A stretch of DNA of 64,000 nt from Octopus sinensis (GCF_006345805.1 NC_043010.1:3286001-3350000), one strand, 5' to 3'; shown: positions 1 through 12,004, counted from the first letter of the stretch. Numbers and translations are program-made. Notes: generated by a model not told the origin, from the letters alone.

Positions 1-102
1 ATAGGGAATTCATTAGCTCTCTCCTTAACTAAAACTATTCTTTCCTTATAAGGGATTCTACTTCTGATTCCCTCAGTAAAAACAGATATATGAATACTCA
101 TT

Positions 103-632
103 GTGTTCCAGAATTAATTATCTATTTCAGTGAAATCAGACAATTTTTTTTAAAAAGCTTTTGTTTATCTTTATCATGTTTAACGTGTTAAAATGTATAA
201 ATTTTTTAATTGTGTTTATAATTTTATAATTTTTATAATTTTTTTATAATTTCATTTTCATTCTTGTTGGGTCCCACTTATCTGTTCCACAACAGTTTTT
301 TTTTTCAATTTGGCTGTAATTATTTTCTCTGCCACCAACCTTATGATGAAGCAATAATTTAACTTGAACTTAAAGAATGCATTCAATTAGCAGTTCACTT
401 GAAATACTTCAAAATATGTTTCCCAACGCTAAAGATAGATAGGAAATTTGCAGGGATACAGACAGAGCACATGATGGAAGTTTTCAATAAAGTTTTGACA
501 TAAGATTTATAAATCCATTTGTTTTGGTATCATAATTAATTAATGAACATAGAATTCTGTCAGTTTTTTTTTTCTTTTTAAATTTAATTTGTCTGATTTC
601 ATTGAAATGGATATTTAATTCTGGAACACCCT
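103..632. mobile_element. Tc1/mariner-like MITE remnant with ~40-bp terminal inverted repeats
   Basis: 103-142 GTGTTCCAGAATTAATTATCTATTTCAGTGAAATCAGACA is the reverse complement of 590-629 with 3 mismatches (counted by eye). The right end continues ...GAACACCCTATA, typical of CAGGGTGT-type TIR plus TA. The outer few bases of the left end are degraded. No ORF inside. Confidence 0.6.
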
Positions 633-660
633 ATATATACACACAGACACTCACACACAT

Positions 661-698
<38 letters not shown>

Positions 699-1201
699 AT
701 GCATACATATATGTTTAGACACACATAGACTTATATTTCATTTTCCTTCTCCCCAACCCTCTTTATCCAATGCAATTATTAAAATTGCAGCCCTTCATTC
801 TCATACATTTACTGCTGCCCTACATTTCTCAGTAATCAGATTTTGTATGGGATGAGTTTATGTAAATACTATAGCATATTTCTGTAAATGGAATTTTACA
901 AAATTATTATTACATTTATATGAATGGAAAGCTCACAGATTACAATGTAACCAGACGTATCAAAATTGATTTCTTTTTAAAATGTAATTATTTTATTCTA
1001 ATACAGCTGTGGTGTTTTCAAACTTATTTTGATGACAAGCCCTTGTAGTTCTAAAAATCTCAGGACCCATATTTTCATTTTGTGAACAACGCCTTCACCA
1101 TCAACCTAAATTCAATAAGGCATTAAATGCAACAAAATTTGTTTTAGAAAGAAAAATCATTTGAATAAATTCATCATCATCATCATCATCATCGTCATCA
1201 G

Positions 1202-1252
<51 letters not shown>

Positions 1253-1276
1253 TATTATCATCATCATTATCATCAC

Positions 1277-1318
<42 letters not shown>

Positions 1319-2216
1319 TTTTTTAAACATACACTTTTCCAAGTTTGCATGATTCACACAGAATTTATGACAGATTTCTTTATGGCTGGACACAATTTCT
1401 ACTGCAATCCCACATCAATTTCCAAGTAAGGTAATATTCACCCTCGGTCAGACATGTTTTCACGGAAGACTGGAAATAAATTATACCGCATGTATGATGG
1501 TAATGCTCATTTACAACAATCACAAAATATTAAGTCAAACACATATATAAGGCAGTTCATAAATATTCTTTCCACTTCTGTAATTTATTGTATCATCTAG
1601 ATGAGTTACATGCAACCAATGGAGACCATGTGGAAGCATTCTGATATTTCCAATAAAACTTTATTTGTTTGCCAATAAACTCTGTGGAGTTACCCTTATT
1701 TGGGGGGAGGAGTTAAGTTCATTACATCAATCTCAGTGGTCAATTTTCATTAAATTGAAGGATTACTCAAATGGTAGAATACAAATTTATTATTCTTTAA
1801 GAAGAAGAATATTGACAGTGACTTCGAAGTTTTATACAACTAAGCCATAATCTAACTGTGAAGTATTTGAGTTCATCTTGGCTTTATATTGTGTCTGTTA
1901 AGCTCAAATTTTCTAGGGAATGATAATTAGGTTTTATGGCATGGTAGGTTGTGATGACATAATGTTATGAAGAATTTTCATTGTTTGAATTTATTCCTGC
2001 ATGCAGAACTTCACAATCAGGTGTGTATATTTGGGTGTGTCCTCTTCAGGTTATAGCAGTTCACAAAAAGAATGCAGTTAGGTTGTTGGTTTTTATTTGG
2101 ATATTAATGAGATGTGAGTGTATGATGCATCCTGACCTTTGTAATTAGATGTGTTTATTAGTTATGTCAACTGTTAGGTGATGGGCTTTTAATGATTCTC
2201 AAAAGAATGTAAGTAG

Positions 2217-2492
2217 TGGAGGCACATGGCATAGTGGTTAGAGCAGCGGACTCACAGTCAAGGGATCGCGGGTTCGAATCTCAGACTGGGTGGTGTGTGT
2301 GTTTATGAGCGAAACACCTAAGCTCCGGCAGAAGGTAATGGCGAACCTCTGCTGACTCACTCTTTCCTCCTGCATCTTGCAGCTCACCTGCGACGGACTG
2401 GTGTCCAGTCCAGGTGGGGAGCTTATATGCCAAGAAACTGGGAAACCGGCCCTTATGAGCCAGGCATGGCTCGAGAAGGAACAAAAAAAAAG
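2217..2492 (+). mobile_element. Full-length tRNA-derived SINE with Meta-domain-like body and 13-bp target-site duplication
   Basis: A-box TGGCATAGTGG and B-box GGTTCGAATC. Body CCTGCGACGGACTGGTGTCCAGTCCAGG resembles my recollection of the MetaSINE central domain. A-rich tail. TSD AGAATGTAAGTAG at 2204-2216 and 2493-2505. Confidence 0.85.
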
Positions 2493-2793
2493 AGAATGTA
2501 AGTAGGTGGTAAGATTTAAGTTTGTTGGTAGGCTGGTAGTATTTAGGGTTTTTCACTTGTTTGTATTGAGATGATGTTGGTCAGCATACATTTTATATCG
2601 TTATTAGTATGGAAAATTTGTTAATCAAAATGTTTTAGTATTCACAGGAAGATATAGGTAGTTTTAAAAGTTATTGTGCAGCATATTTGTCTTCTCCAGA
2701 AGATTCATTGTTCTGTAAATTATTTTGTTGCTATTGTGAAGATTTATAAATATTTCTTCTATTTGGTTCCAAGCATGAGTATTTTATAATATA

Positions 2794-3306
2794 CTAGCAG
2801 TATCGCCCGGCGTTGCTCGGGTTTGTAAGGGAAATAACTATATAAGCATTTTTAGAGAGTTACTTCCCTTATAGATGCCAATTCGGGCTTTCTTAGCCAT
2901 TTCTGTTTTGGTGTCTTCAAGCCATGAAGTCGTTGTTCTAAAAGAACGCTGGTCTCCTTGACAACACATTACGACGTTGATTTCTTTACACTCCCTTCCC
3001 CACAGCTTCACAAGGGAGGGAAGAAGGGGGAGAAGCAAACAGGTGCAGCTGTGAGCGTGGACGCCAACTCCGCCGCCATCGACACACGAAAAATTATGCA
3101 TTAAAATGGAATAAAAAATGATGTTAAATTATTTTTAAAATCGTAGACTCATCGTTGACACGCGCTAATAGCCAGACGGGCTTGATATGAATCACGACTA
3201 TAAGATACCCGAATTTGGTTAAACTGCACCGCAAAATGTGGGAGGAGTTAGGAATCTAAATCGAAGGGGACAGACACTCACACAACTACAGTTTTATATA
3301 TATAGA
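2794..3306 (-). mobile_element. Non-autonomous Helitron (513 bp)
   Basis: On the minus strand it starts A^TCTATATATATAAAAC and ends with a GC hairpin CCCGAGCAACGCCGGG (plus 2806-2821) followed by ...CTAG^T. Inserted between A and T with no TSD. These are canonical Helitron termini. CpG-rich relative to the flanks. Confidence 0.8.
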
Positions 3307-3814
3307 TTGTTTGGACTTATGAAAATATGCAAAAATTGGTCCAGGAATTCCAAGCCAGGTTACTCTTCTTATTCTCCTTGCATATATGTATGGCTGGGGT
3401 TTTTTTTTATTTGTGTTTTTTTTTTCTTTGGTATGTGTATAACTTATTTTTGAAAATTTTATAGGAATATTTTTTGAAAAAATTGGCAACTCTTAGTTAC
3501 TTTCTGTAGAACTTGTTTAGTGTAGAGTTGTAATATCAGTTTTTGTGTGTATTATGGTAGTTTATAGTGAAAGTGGAGATTGGAGAAAGGATATGGGGAG
3601 ATATTTTCATATTTAGCCATTTGATAAAAATTATTGATTTGAAATATTTGAGTGTTTTGCAGATTTTGGGCTTGCATGAAGAGTCTAATTCAGAATTTTA
3701 GTTCAGAATTTGGTTCTTTAATGTAAGAACATGATATAGGGTGTTGGAACAATTTTGGCAGTGTTTCTTGTATAGTTGTGTGTGCGACAGTATTTTCATA
3801 TATATATATATGAT

Positions 3815-3915
3815 GGACTTCCTTCAGTTTCTGTCTGCTCATACCCAAGGTGCCATGCAACGGGATTGAACTTGAGTCTATGTGGTTGGTAGGCAAACTT
3901 CTTAACCACATAGCT
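3815..3915 (-). mobile_element. SINE family A head fragment
   Basis: CCCAAGGTGCCATGCAACGGGATTGAAC...TGGTTGGTAGGCAAACTTCTTAACCACATAGC matches the reverse complement of the tRNA-like head of the family A copies at 40533-40950 and 51919-52296. Confidence 0.7.
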
Positions 3916-3982
3916 ATATATATTACAAGGTAATGCTTCAACAAATAGAAAAACACTTGATTAACTAAGAGAGTTAAGATAA

Positions 3983-4052
<70 letters not shown>

Positions 4053-4094
4053 TGTGCATGGTTTTGAATAGATAAATAGGTAGATATAGACATC

Positions 4095-4280
4095 AGTTTA
4101 AAATGTTGGCACATGGCCACCAATTTTGGGGGAGTGAGTAAGTTGATTACATTAATTCCCAAAAGGATGAAAGGCAAAGTCCATCTTGCCAGAATTTGAA
4201 CTCAGAACATAAAAATAGACAAAATGGTGCTAAACATTTTGCCTGGTGTGCTAATAAATTTGCCAGCTCACTACCTTTGA
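4095..4280 (-). mobile_element. SINE family D (Deu/Nin-domain-like) copy
   Basis: GGATGAAAGGCAAAGTC...GAATTTGAACTCAGAAC...TAAACATTTTGCCTGGTGTGCTAA matches the copies in the 33-36 kb array. Confidence 0.75.
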
Positions 4281-4339
4281 ATAGCTATAGACATTGATAA
4301 TTTATATGCATGTCTATTTATGTGTGTGTGTGTGTATGC

Positions 4340-4387
<48 letters not shown>

Positions 4388-4899
4388 ATATATGTTTGTG
4401 TGTCTATGTGTGTGTTACTGTGTCTGTGAGTGTGTGTATTAATTACATCAGTTTACCATTAATAATAATTATAATCATAATTTCTAACATTGTTGGAAAT
4501 GTGTAATCAATTTAATCATCCTCAGTACTTTTTATTGTGACTTATTTTTATGAGCCCTAATGGAATTAAAGAACCAAAGACAACCTTACTGAATTTGATC
4601 TCTGAATGTAAGCAGACATAACTACTAACAACTACAATACATTTTGATCCAACATTCTACGATTTCTGATACTTATTAGATTGATAATGATTGATGATCG
4701 TAATGACAAATGATATTAATGATAATGATAATTGGTGCACAGGGTACAATAAAAATAATTTACAGTCACAAAACATAAGTAGTATCTCATGGTCTGTTGC
4801 TTTACACAGACTACAAAATTAGACCAACTTAATACAACATAAGTACCAAACAACTGAACAACACAATCCTCACTGCATATAAATACATACATATATATA

Positions 4900-4945
<46 letters not shown>

Positions 4946-4973
4946 TATTATATATATATATATATATATATGG

Positions 4974-5013
<40 letters not shown>

Positions 5014-5029
5014 GTATGTATTTTCCTCC

Positions 5030-5205
5030 TTCTTCCTTTACTTTGGGGCTTTCCTATGTTTCCTGTTTCTGAAGAAGAGCTATGCTCGAAGCATAAAACA
5101 ACCACACTTTCTTTCCTTCTTGAGCATTTCATTAATACTTTCCATGCATTATGTCCTCATGTTGTGTTTTTTTTTGTTTTTTTCTCTTTTTATTTTAATT
5201 AACAT
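5030..5205 (+). mobile_element. Short TA-flanked element with a degenerate hammerhead motif (Penelope-like pLTR or retrozyme-like)
   Basis: GTTT-CTGAAGA-A-GAGC(TAT)GCTC-GAAG-CAT-A-AAAC at 5065-5099. Stems I and II are intact; GAAA has become GAAG and ACGT appears decayed. Flanked by (TA)n on both sides. Similar to 51395-51610. Confidence 0.6.
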
Positions 5206-5239
<34 letters not shown>

Positions 5240-5582
5240 AATAGTTTACAAAATAAGCCCCGAAATTGGGACCAATACGGTAATAATGCATTTTTTAGAA
5301 ATTTCTATCGGTTTGTTTCGAGACGCATAAATCAAAATGGTTATTGACAATTTTTGTCTTTTTTTCGGCATATTTGGCATTAGAATTTTTCTTTCGCCCT
5401 TATTTTGTAAATTATTTATAAATTTAACCTTTAAAGGTATTTTTTGATATACTGGCCATTGATAAAAATTTTTTCCTGAAAAAAATTTTATCCTACATTA
5501 GTTATATATATATATTATATATATGTATATATTTGTGCATACATACATGCATATATATACATACATATATATGTATATATAT

Positions 5583-5629
<47 letters not shown>

Positions 5630-5633
<4 letters not shown>

Positions 5634-6027
5634 ATAAATATTAGGGAATAAATCCAAATTACAGGGAAAAAATCAGATTTAGGATTAAATCCAATTTTAT
5701 AGTAAAATATTATATAATATTAATTCGAGACAAAACCACTATTTTGCAAATCAAACAAGGAAAGACTTCATAAATTAAAACTGATTAGAAGATCGGAAAT
5801 CTACCTGACGAATGTCATTTGAAGACATGAAACAATTGTAGTGGTGGTTTATTTACTTTATATTAAAATTTTTTATGTATTGATTAAGTCTTTCCTTGTT
5901 TGATTTGCAAAATAGTGGTTTTGTCTCGAATTAATATTATATAATATTTTACTATAAAATTGGATTTAATCCTAAATCTGATTTTTTCCCTGTAAATTTG
6001 GATTTATTCCCTAATATTTATTATTAT
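5630..6027. repeat. Long near-perfect inverted repeat (~140-bp arms, 117-bp spacer) in a TA tract
   Basis: 5630-5768 is the reverse complement of 5886-6027 with one 1-nt indel found by eye. The spacer is unique sequence and contains a hammerhead motif. Confidence 0.95.
5801..5844 (+). ncRNA. Type I hammerhead ribozyme with intact catalytic core
   Basis: Stem I CTAC(5801-04)/GTGG(5841-44); CTGACGA (5805-11); stem II ATGTC/GACAT with 7-nt loop; GAAA (5829-32); palindromic stem III ACAATTGT; GUA triplet with predicted cut after 5840. Confidence 0.85.
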
Positions 6028-6030
6028 ATA

Positions 6031-6106
<76 letters not shown>

Positions 6107-6309
6107 AGTGCTTGACTGCTAAATCTACAGGTTTTTTTCCATTCCCTGTATATTTTCTCCTATTACTTTCTATTGAAGAGCATAAACTTGAAAAGTAAAA
6201 GACTTTTTCATTTCCCCAAGTGTCAAACACATACACCTGCTTGTTGTTCACACACCTGTCTTTGTCTTCTGATTTTCTATGAATTTCAACTATATATATA
6301 TATATATGT

Positions 6310-6338
<29 letters not shown>

Positions 6339-6340
<2 letters not shown>

Positions 6341-6386
6341 CTTCTGTCTGGGGGTCAAGAACATATGTGTGTTTGTGTGTGTATAT

Positions 6387-6483
<97 letters not shown>

Positions 6484-6518
6484 AACACACATATGTTCTT
6501 GACCCCCAGACAGAAGAT
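6339..6518. repeat. Foldback palindrome: ~50-bp arms around a (TA)n tract
   Basis: ATCTTCTGTCTGGGGGTCAAGAACATATGTGTGTTTGTGTGTG from 6339, and its reverse complement ending at 6518. Confidence 0.9.
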
Positions 6519-6829
6519 GAATTGTTTTTACTTCAAATTTTTATTAATTTTTACTGATATTTAATAAGATGAGACTCATTGAAACTGATATTATTTTCTT
6601 TATATAATTTTAAAAATCATTTTTATTAAATTCCCTCTTAAATTGAAATGTCTTAGACTTACTTCTGTGCTATTTCCATCTCCGTCTTTTATATATATGT
6701 GTGTGTGCGTGTGTGTGTGTGTGTGCATGCGTATATCAATATAGACTTCTTTCTTTCTCTCTGATTCCTCTGCCCACACTATCACATTAGCCAGTAGAAT
6801 AAACACATAAGTCTATTTATAGTAACTTG

Positions 6830-7640
6830 ACCATTCTTAATATTCTTCCCTTCCATTTTGTGGCTTACTGCTCACTTTAGAAGCCCCACCTCCTATACCT
6901 TTATCTGTACCATCCCTTAATGCCATTCTAGCATATCACTCCACCTCATACACCTCACACATATTCATTATTTACATTCTTATCTCTTCCTACTCCTCCC
7001 CAGCCTCTACTCCTCCCCTCTCCCCTCATAATATCTTGACCACCATCAATTAGTTTTTCACTTTCTTACACTTTTTTCATTCTCTCTTCTTGCTTTCATT
7101 TTCTCTTCCTCTTTCTTTCCTTCTTCTTTTCTCACCTTTTCCTTTTACCTCTCTCTTCATTTTGAAATACACATCTCTTCTCCCCTCCATATCTGCTTAA
7201 GACTACCACTGCATTCTCAAATTTTCATTCACACCACAAGACCCCTTTGAATAAACAGCACATGGAATCTATGTCTCCACACCTTCCATTTGTGATGACA
7301 AAATATGAACTTGTATCGAAATTTACATACCATAGATAAGAAACATTTCCACCACTTCTACAAACCACTTTTCTTGGATAATGGAACTGCAACTATAACA
7401 TCCTACATATATTTTCATTTTTATTCCTACATTCATTCTCCTATTTCCCTATATACTCCTTATTTGGTTCCTTTTCCAAATAACTCCTCATATTGAGCTC
7501 TAATATTTCCCTCTATTTAGCCATCTCACATCATCTCTGATGAAGGGATATCCCTAAAATCTCCGAAACAGCTGTAAGACTACCTTTCTCTTTATAAATG
7601 TCCTGAAAATTCCACACAGCCTTAGCTTTGTTGTTTCATT
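6830..7640 (+). mobile_element. Probable decayed Penelope-like element remnant ending in a hammerhead-bearing pLTR
   Basis: Pyrimidine-rich tract followed by a hammerhead motif at 7534-7579. No clearly readable RT or GIY-YIG peptide, so the class assignment is inference. Confidence 0.4.
7534..7579 (+). ncRNA. Minimal type I hammerhead-like motif
   Basis: TCT-CTGATGA-AGGGATATCCCTAAAATCTCC-GAAA-CAGCTG-TA-AGA: intact core, palindromic stem III ACAGCTGT, GUA site, 3-bp stem I, irregular stem II. Confidence 0.65.
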
Positions 7641-7685
7641 TTATTTAACACACACACACACACATACACACACACTCACACACCA

Positions 7686-7733
<48 letters not shown>

Positions 7734-7789
7734 ACACACACATAACAAATGAGCGAAAGAGAAAATGGAATTCACAGGATTCTTTATTT

Positions 7790-7918
7790 ATCATGATTTA
7801 TCTGAGTCAGCTCAGAGCTATAGAAGAATACCCTTGCCCAAAGTGCCATGTGTTGTGTTTGAACCTGGAACCACGTGGTTGCAAACCATGATTCATAACC
7901 ACACAGCCATGCTTGCAT
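7790..7918 (-). mobile_element. SINE family A head fragment
   Basis: GCTATAGAAGAATACCCTTGCCCAAAGTGCCATG...GAACCTGGAACCACGTGGTTGCAAACC...ACCACACAGCC. Confidence 0.75.
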
Positions 7919-8611
7919 CTATATTCAGCAAATAAACAAAAAATAAAGATGTGTTGGAGAATCTCTAGTATTTCACAGTAGCATTTCACATACTGTAATT
8001 GCGAAGAAAGTATTTGAAGTCAGAAGTCATCTAACACTGTTCTCAGATTAAGAAAGTAAGGCAGACAACTCCAACTGTTTAAGGCTTATTAGCTTTTGGC
8101 AGTTGAAGTATAGCATTTTCCATTGCTTACTGGCTCTCTAGTCACTAGCTTATTTTATACAATAGAAAATATGAGGAGGAAAAGAAGTTTAGTGATGAAT
8201 AGGTATCTCAGTCCTAAGTTATCTAACTCCTTTCAACAAGATATTATTCACATTCTATGTAAGACAATTACAACACAATAACAGAAATCCTACCACACAC
8301 ACACACATACACACACACATATATACATCCTACACAATTCTAGCATTGTAATAAACACTTTTGCAAATAATAAACAAACAGTGAAATATTGTAAATTTGA
8401 TGCAATACAAATAATTTCCCTCTGCACCAAGCAATATACTGCATTCACCTTAGAAATATAGCCAATATGCAGAAATGCACACCTGGTGCACCGGAAAAAA
8501 AATCACATGCATATGAATCTACTTGAAAATAAATATTATTAATAACAATAAGAAGAGTATCAATAACAACAACTGCTACTACTACTACTATGACTACTAC
8601 TACTAATAATA

Positions 8612-8686
<75 letters not shown>

Positions 8687-9009
8687 GCAACAAAAATCAA
8701 CAATGGTCAGGATGTTGATGGTGATGACAGCGTTGATGATGATGATGATGATGATGATGTCAACAATAAGATAATGATAAGCAGGAGGAAAAAGAAGAGG
8801 AGGAGGAGAGGGAGGGGGGAAGGAGGATATATTTCATTTGATAATTTTCTTGATTCTGTTTCAGTTTTAGAAACAATAAAATAAACCCAAAGAAACATCA
8901 AAACTGACGTAGCATGCAATCACAATTATTCTATCTCCACAAAAGAGAGAAACGTGAAGATGCACTTGGTGGTGAATGGAATAGGAGAAACATCCATATG
9001 ATACTTGGA

Positions 9010-9067
<58 letters not shown>

Positions 9068-9896
9068 GACAAAGAAAAATCCCAGCAATGGTTGAGAAGC
9101 TCAGGACTCAAAGCAGAAACAGAGGGATTTTTAATTGCAGCACAAGACCAAAGCCTCCCCACCAGAAATTACCAAAAACATGTAATGAAAAGAAATATTA
9201 CAAGTAACTGCAGAATATGTGGAGATGGACAAGAAACAATAAATCATATTATCTCTAGCTGCCCAGTCCTGGCTAAGAAGGAATATATTCCCACACAGAC
9301 ATGACAGAGTTGGAACCTACATACATTGGCAGCTATGCCACATTATGGAATAACAACAGAAAAAAGATGGTATAGGCACACACCAGAAAAGGTCACAGAA
9401 AACGAGAAAGCAACCATACTCTGGGATATGCCGATACACACAGATAGAGAAATTAAGGCCAACAGACCAGATATAGTTGTCAGAGACCATGAAGAAAAAA
9501 ATGCTTTCTAATTGATGTATCAATACCGGCAGATGACAACGTGTCTCTAAAAGAAATGGAGAAACTCTCAAAATACAAAGACCTGGAAATAGAGGTAACT
9601 AGAAGTGGAATCTGAAAACAGAAACAATTCTATCATAGTAGGTGCATTAGGCATGATAAAAAAATATTCAGACAAATACATAACAAAAACACCAGGACTT
9701 ACAAACACATATAACATACAGAAAATTGCACTACTAGGCACTGCACACATCCTACGCAGAACACTTTCCATACAATAACCATCAGAGCATCACAACAAAT
9801 CACAGCACATACCCAAGGCACACAGAGCTGCGCTCGGTAGTGAAGTGAAAGCACGCTATAAAAATAAAACTACTGAATAATAATAATAATGATAAT
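9068..9896 (+). mobile_element. 5'-truncated R4/Dong-like LINE (zinc knuckle plus restriction-like endonuclease) in an (AAT)n tract
   Basis: Peptides WLRSSGLKAETEGFLIAAQDQSL, CRICGDGQETINHIISSC (CCHC), RHD, ILWDMPIHTDREIKANRPDIVV, LIDVSIP, KEMEKLSKYKDL, GTAHILRRTL across frameshifts. Preceded by (AAT)n at 9010-9067 and followed by an (AAT)n tail at 9876-9896. Confidence 0.92.
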
Positions 9897-10045
9897 AGGT
9901 TCAGGAGTGGCTGTGTGGTAAGTAGCTTACTTATCAACCACTGAGTGGCACCTTGGGCAAGTGTCTTCTGCTATAGCCTCGGGCCAACCAAGGCTTTGTG
10001 AGTGGATTTGGTAGATGGAAACTGCAAGAAGCCTGTCATATATAT
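9897..10045 (+). mobile_element. SINE family A 5' half with internal deletion
   Basis: AGGTTCAGGAGTGGCTGTGTGGTAAGTAGC...GGCACCTTGGGCAAGTGTCTTCTGCTATAGCC...GGATTTGGTAGATGGAAACTG. Confidence 0.85.
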
Positions 10046-10046
10046 G

Positions 10047-10080
<34 letters not shown>

Positions 10081-10542
10081 ATACATGTGTGTGTGTGTGT
10101 GTGTGTGTATATGTTTGTGTGTATATATATATAGTGTGTGTGTGTGTGTACAAATATGTCAGTGCTTGTGTGAGTTGTCTGGCCTTTTTTTGTTTATGTT
10201 TGTAGGTGTCCACTAATTGTAAGTCCTTTTATGTCAAATTGTAACTGAGCAATTCAATAAATATATTTAGCTAAGATAATTAGCTGTAACAAATACTGGT
10301 GTAGAGGGAGGTCAAAACGTGGTGCCCCAGCATGGTCCTGCGTTTATAACCGAAGTCACATAAGGAATAAAACAGGAGACTGTCAACCTCATATATACAG
10401 TTTCTGCAGAAGTTTACCATTATATCCCTCTGTATAGCACTGAATGATCTAAGTGCAAAAAAGTTATTGACAGCTTCTTTGTGGCTAACACAAGATGAGT
10501 AGAAAATCTTAGGTGGAATTAAGAATCTAGTGTGGTGTTATC

Positions 10543-10642
10543 NNNNNNNNNNNNNNNNNNNNNNNNNNNNNNNNNNNNNNNNNNNNNNNNNNNNNNNNNN
10601 NNNNNNNNNNNNNNNNNNNNNNNNNNNNNNNNNNNNNNNNNN
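10543..10642. other. Assembly gap (100 N)
   Basis: Run of exactly 100 N, a typical placeholder for a gap of unknown length. Confidence 0.99.
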
Positions 10643-11829
10643 AACATCAGAGATTTTTCTAATTTTCTTGAGCATCAAATTAATACACCTTGATTGATGT
10701 TCACTTTCCTGTCTCACTCAATTTTTTTTTGTGCAGTTCTGAACCATATGTATTGGTCAGCATATAGCTATATCAGGAAACACTTGCCCAAGGTGTCACA
10801 TAGTAGGCCTGAACCTGGAACCATGCAGTTGAGAAGCAAGCTTCTTATCACACAGTCATGTATGTACATATCTTTTAGTCTTTAGATGAATCTCTATGTA
10901 TGTATATTTGCAAGTTTATGTATATGTGAATGTATGCATCAATGTATGCCTGTATCTATACATGTATTCATGTATGTGTGTTTGTATGTATGCATGTGTG
11001 AGTGTGTGTGTGTTTTTACATCCAAACATATGTATATACACCTGAGAGCATATTTATTCATGTAATTGTATATGTGTATGTATGTATGTATGTATGTATG
11101 TATGTATGTATGTATGTATGTATGTATGTATGTATGTATGTATGTATGTATGTATGCATGAATGTATGTATGCATGCATCTTTGTATGTATATGAATATA
11201 TGCATTCATCTAAGTATGCATGTGTGTATGTATGTTCATGCCAACTGCTAGTTTCACAGAAAAAGTATTAAGAAAATATTGCTGCTGAAATATAATTCTA
11301 ATGAATTTTTTAAAAATTTGGTATTCTCATATAACAATCTTCAACTTTAATTTTTTTAATTATTTTTGATTGAAATTTATCAATCAAGGAATAATAATAA
11401 TATAAAAAAAAAAATGATTGCAATCTTTTTATTTAATCTAACACAAATATGATATGTTTCTTGAGATAACAAAAAAAGGAATATTTGTAATTGTGTGTGT
11501 ATATGTGTGTGAAAGTGTAATGAGATTCATATACATCTACATGTATGTGTATATGCTAGTGTGTCTGTGTGCATGTGTGTGTATGCACGTGTGCTTATAT
11601 GCCTGGAAGTGAATTTTGTACAAGTGCAAATTGCATAAATTAGTTTGTCTTTGTATGTATAGACATGCATTTGTTTGTTTGTAAATGTATCTATGTCTGT
11701 GTGTCTGTGTGTCTGTGTTCTGTGCAAATTCTTATTCGGAATGATTCTTACTTGTAGACACACAAGCTAAAAAGCACACACAAATGCACACATTTATATA
11801 TGTGTGTGTGTGTGCATGTATATATATAC

Positions 11830-11877
<48 letters not shown>

Positions 11878-11924
11878 CACACACACAAATATATATACAT
11901 ACACACAAATACACCACACACATG

Positions 11925-11956
<32 letters not shown>

Positions 11957-12004
11957 AACATATATATACACACACAAACAAACAACTATCATCATCATCT
12001 TCAT

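Noticed and set aside
1343-1480. Possible exon near 1.35-1.48 kb, and similar cases at 4.8, 8.5, 19.6, 24.6, 48.9, 56.8 and 59.1 kb
   Set aside because: Short open segments can be drawn on both strands or in several phases with weak acceptors; not distinguishable from chance without RNA data.
2217-2292. tRNA gene-like A/B boxes here and at other SINE heads (e.g. 16590-16658, 51919-51990)
   Set aside because: They run directly into SINE bodies and tails, lack a full cloverleaf and, at 2217, are bounded by a TSD. They are SINE heads, not tRNA genes.
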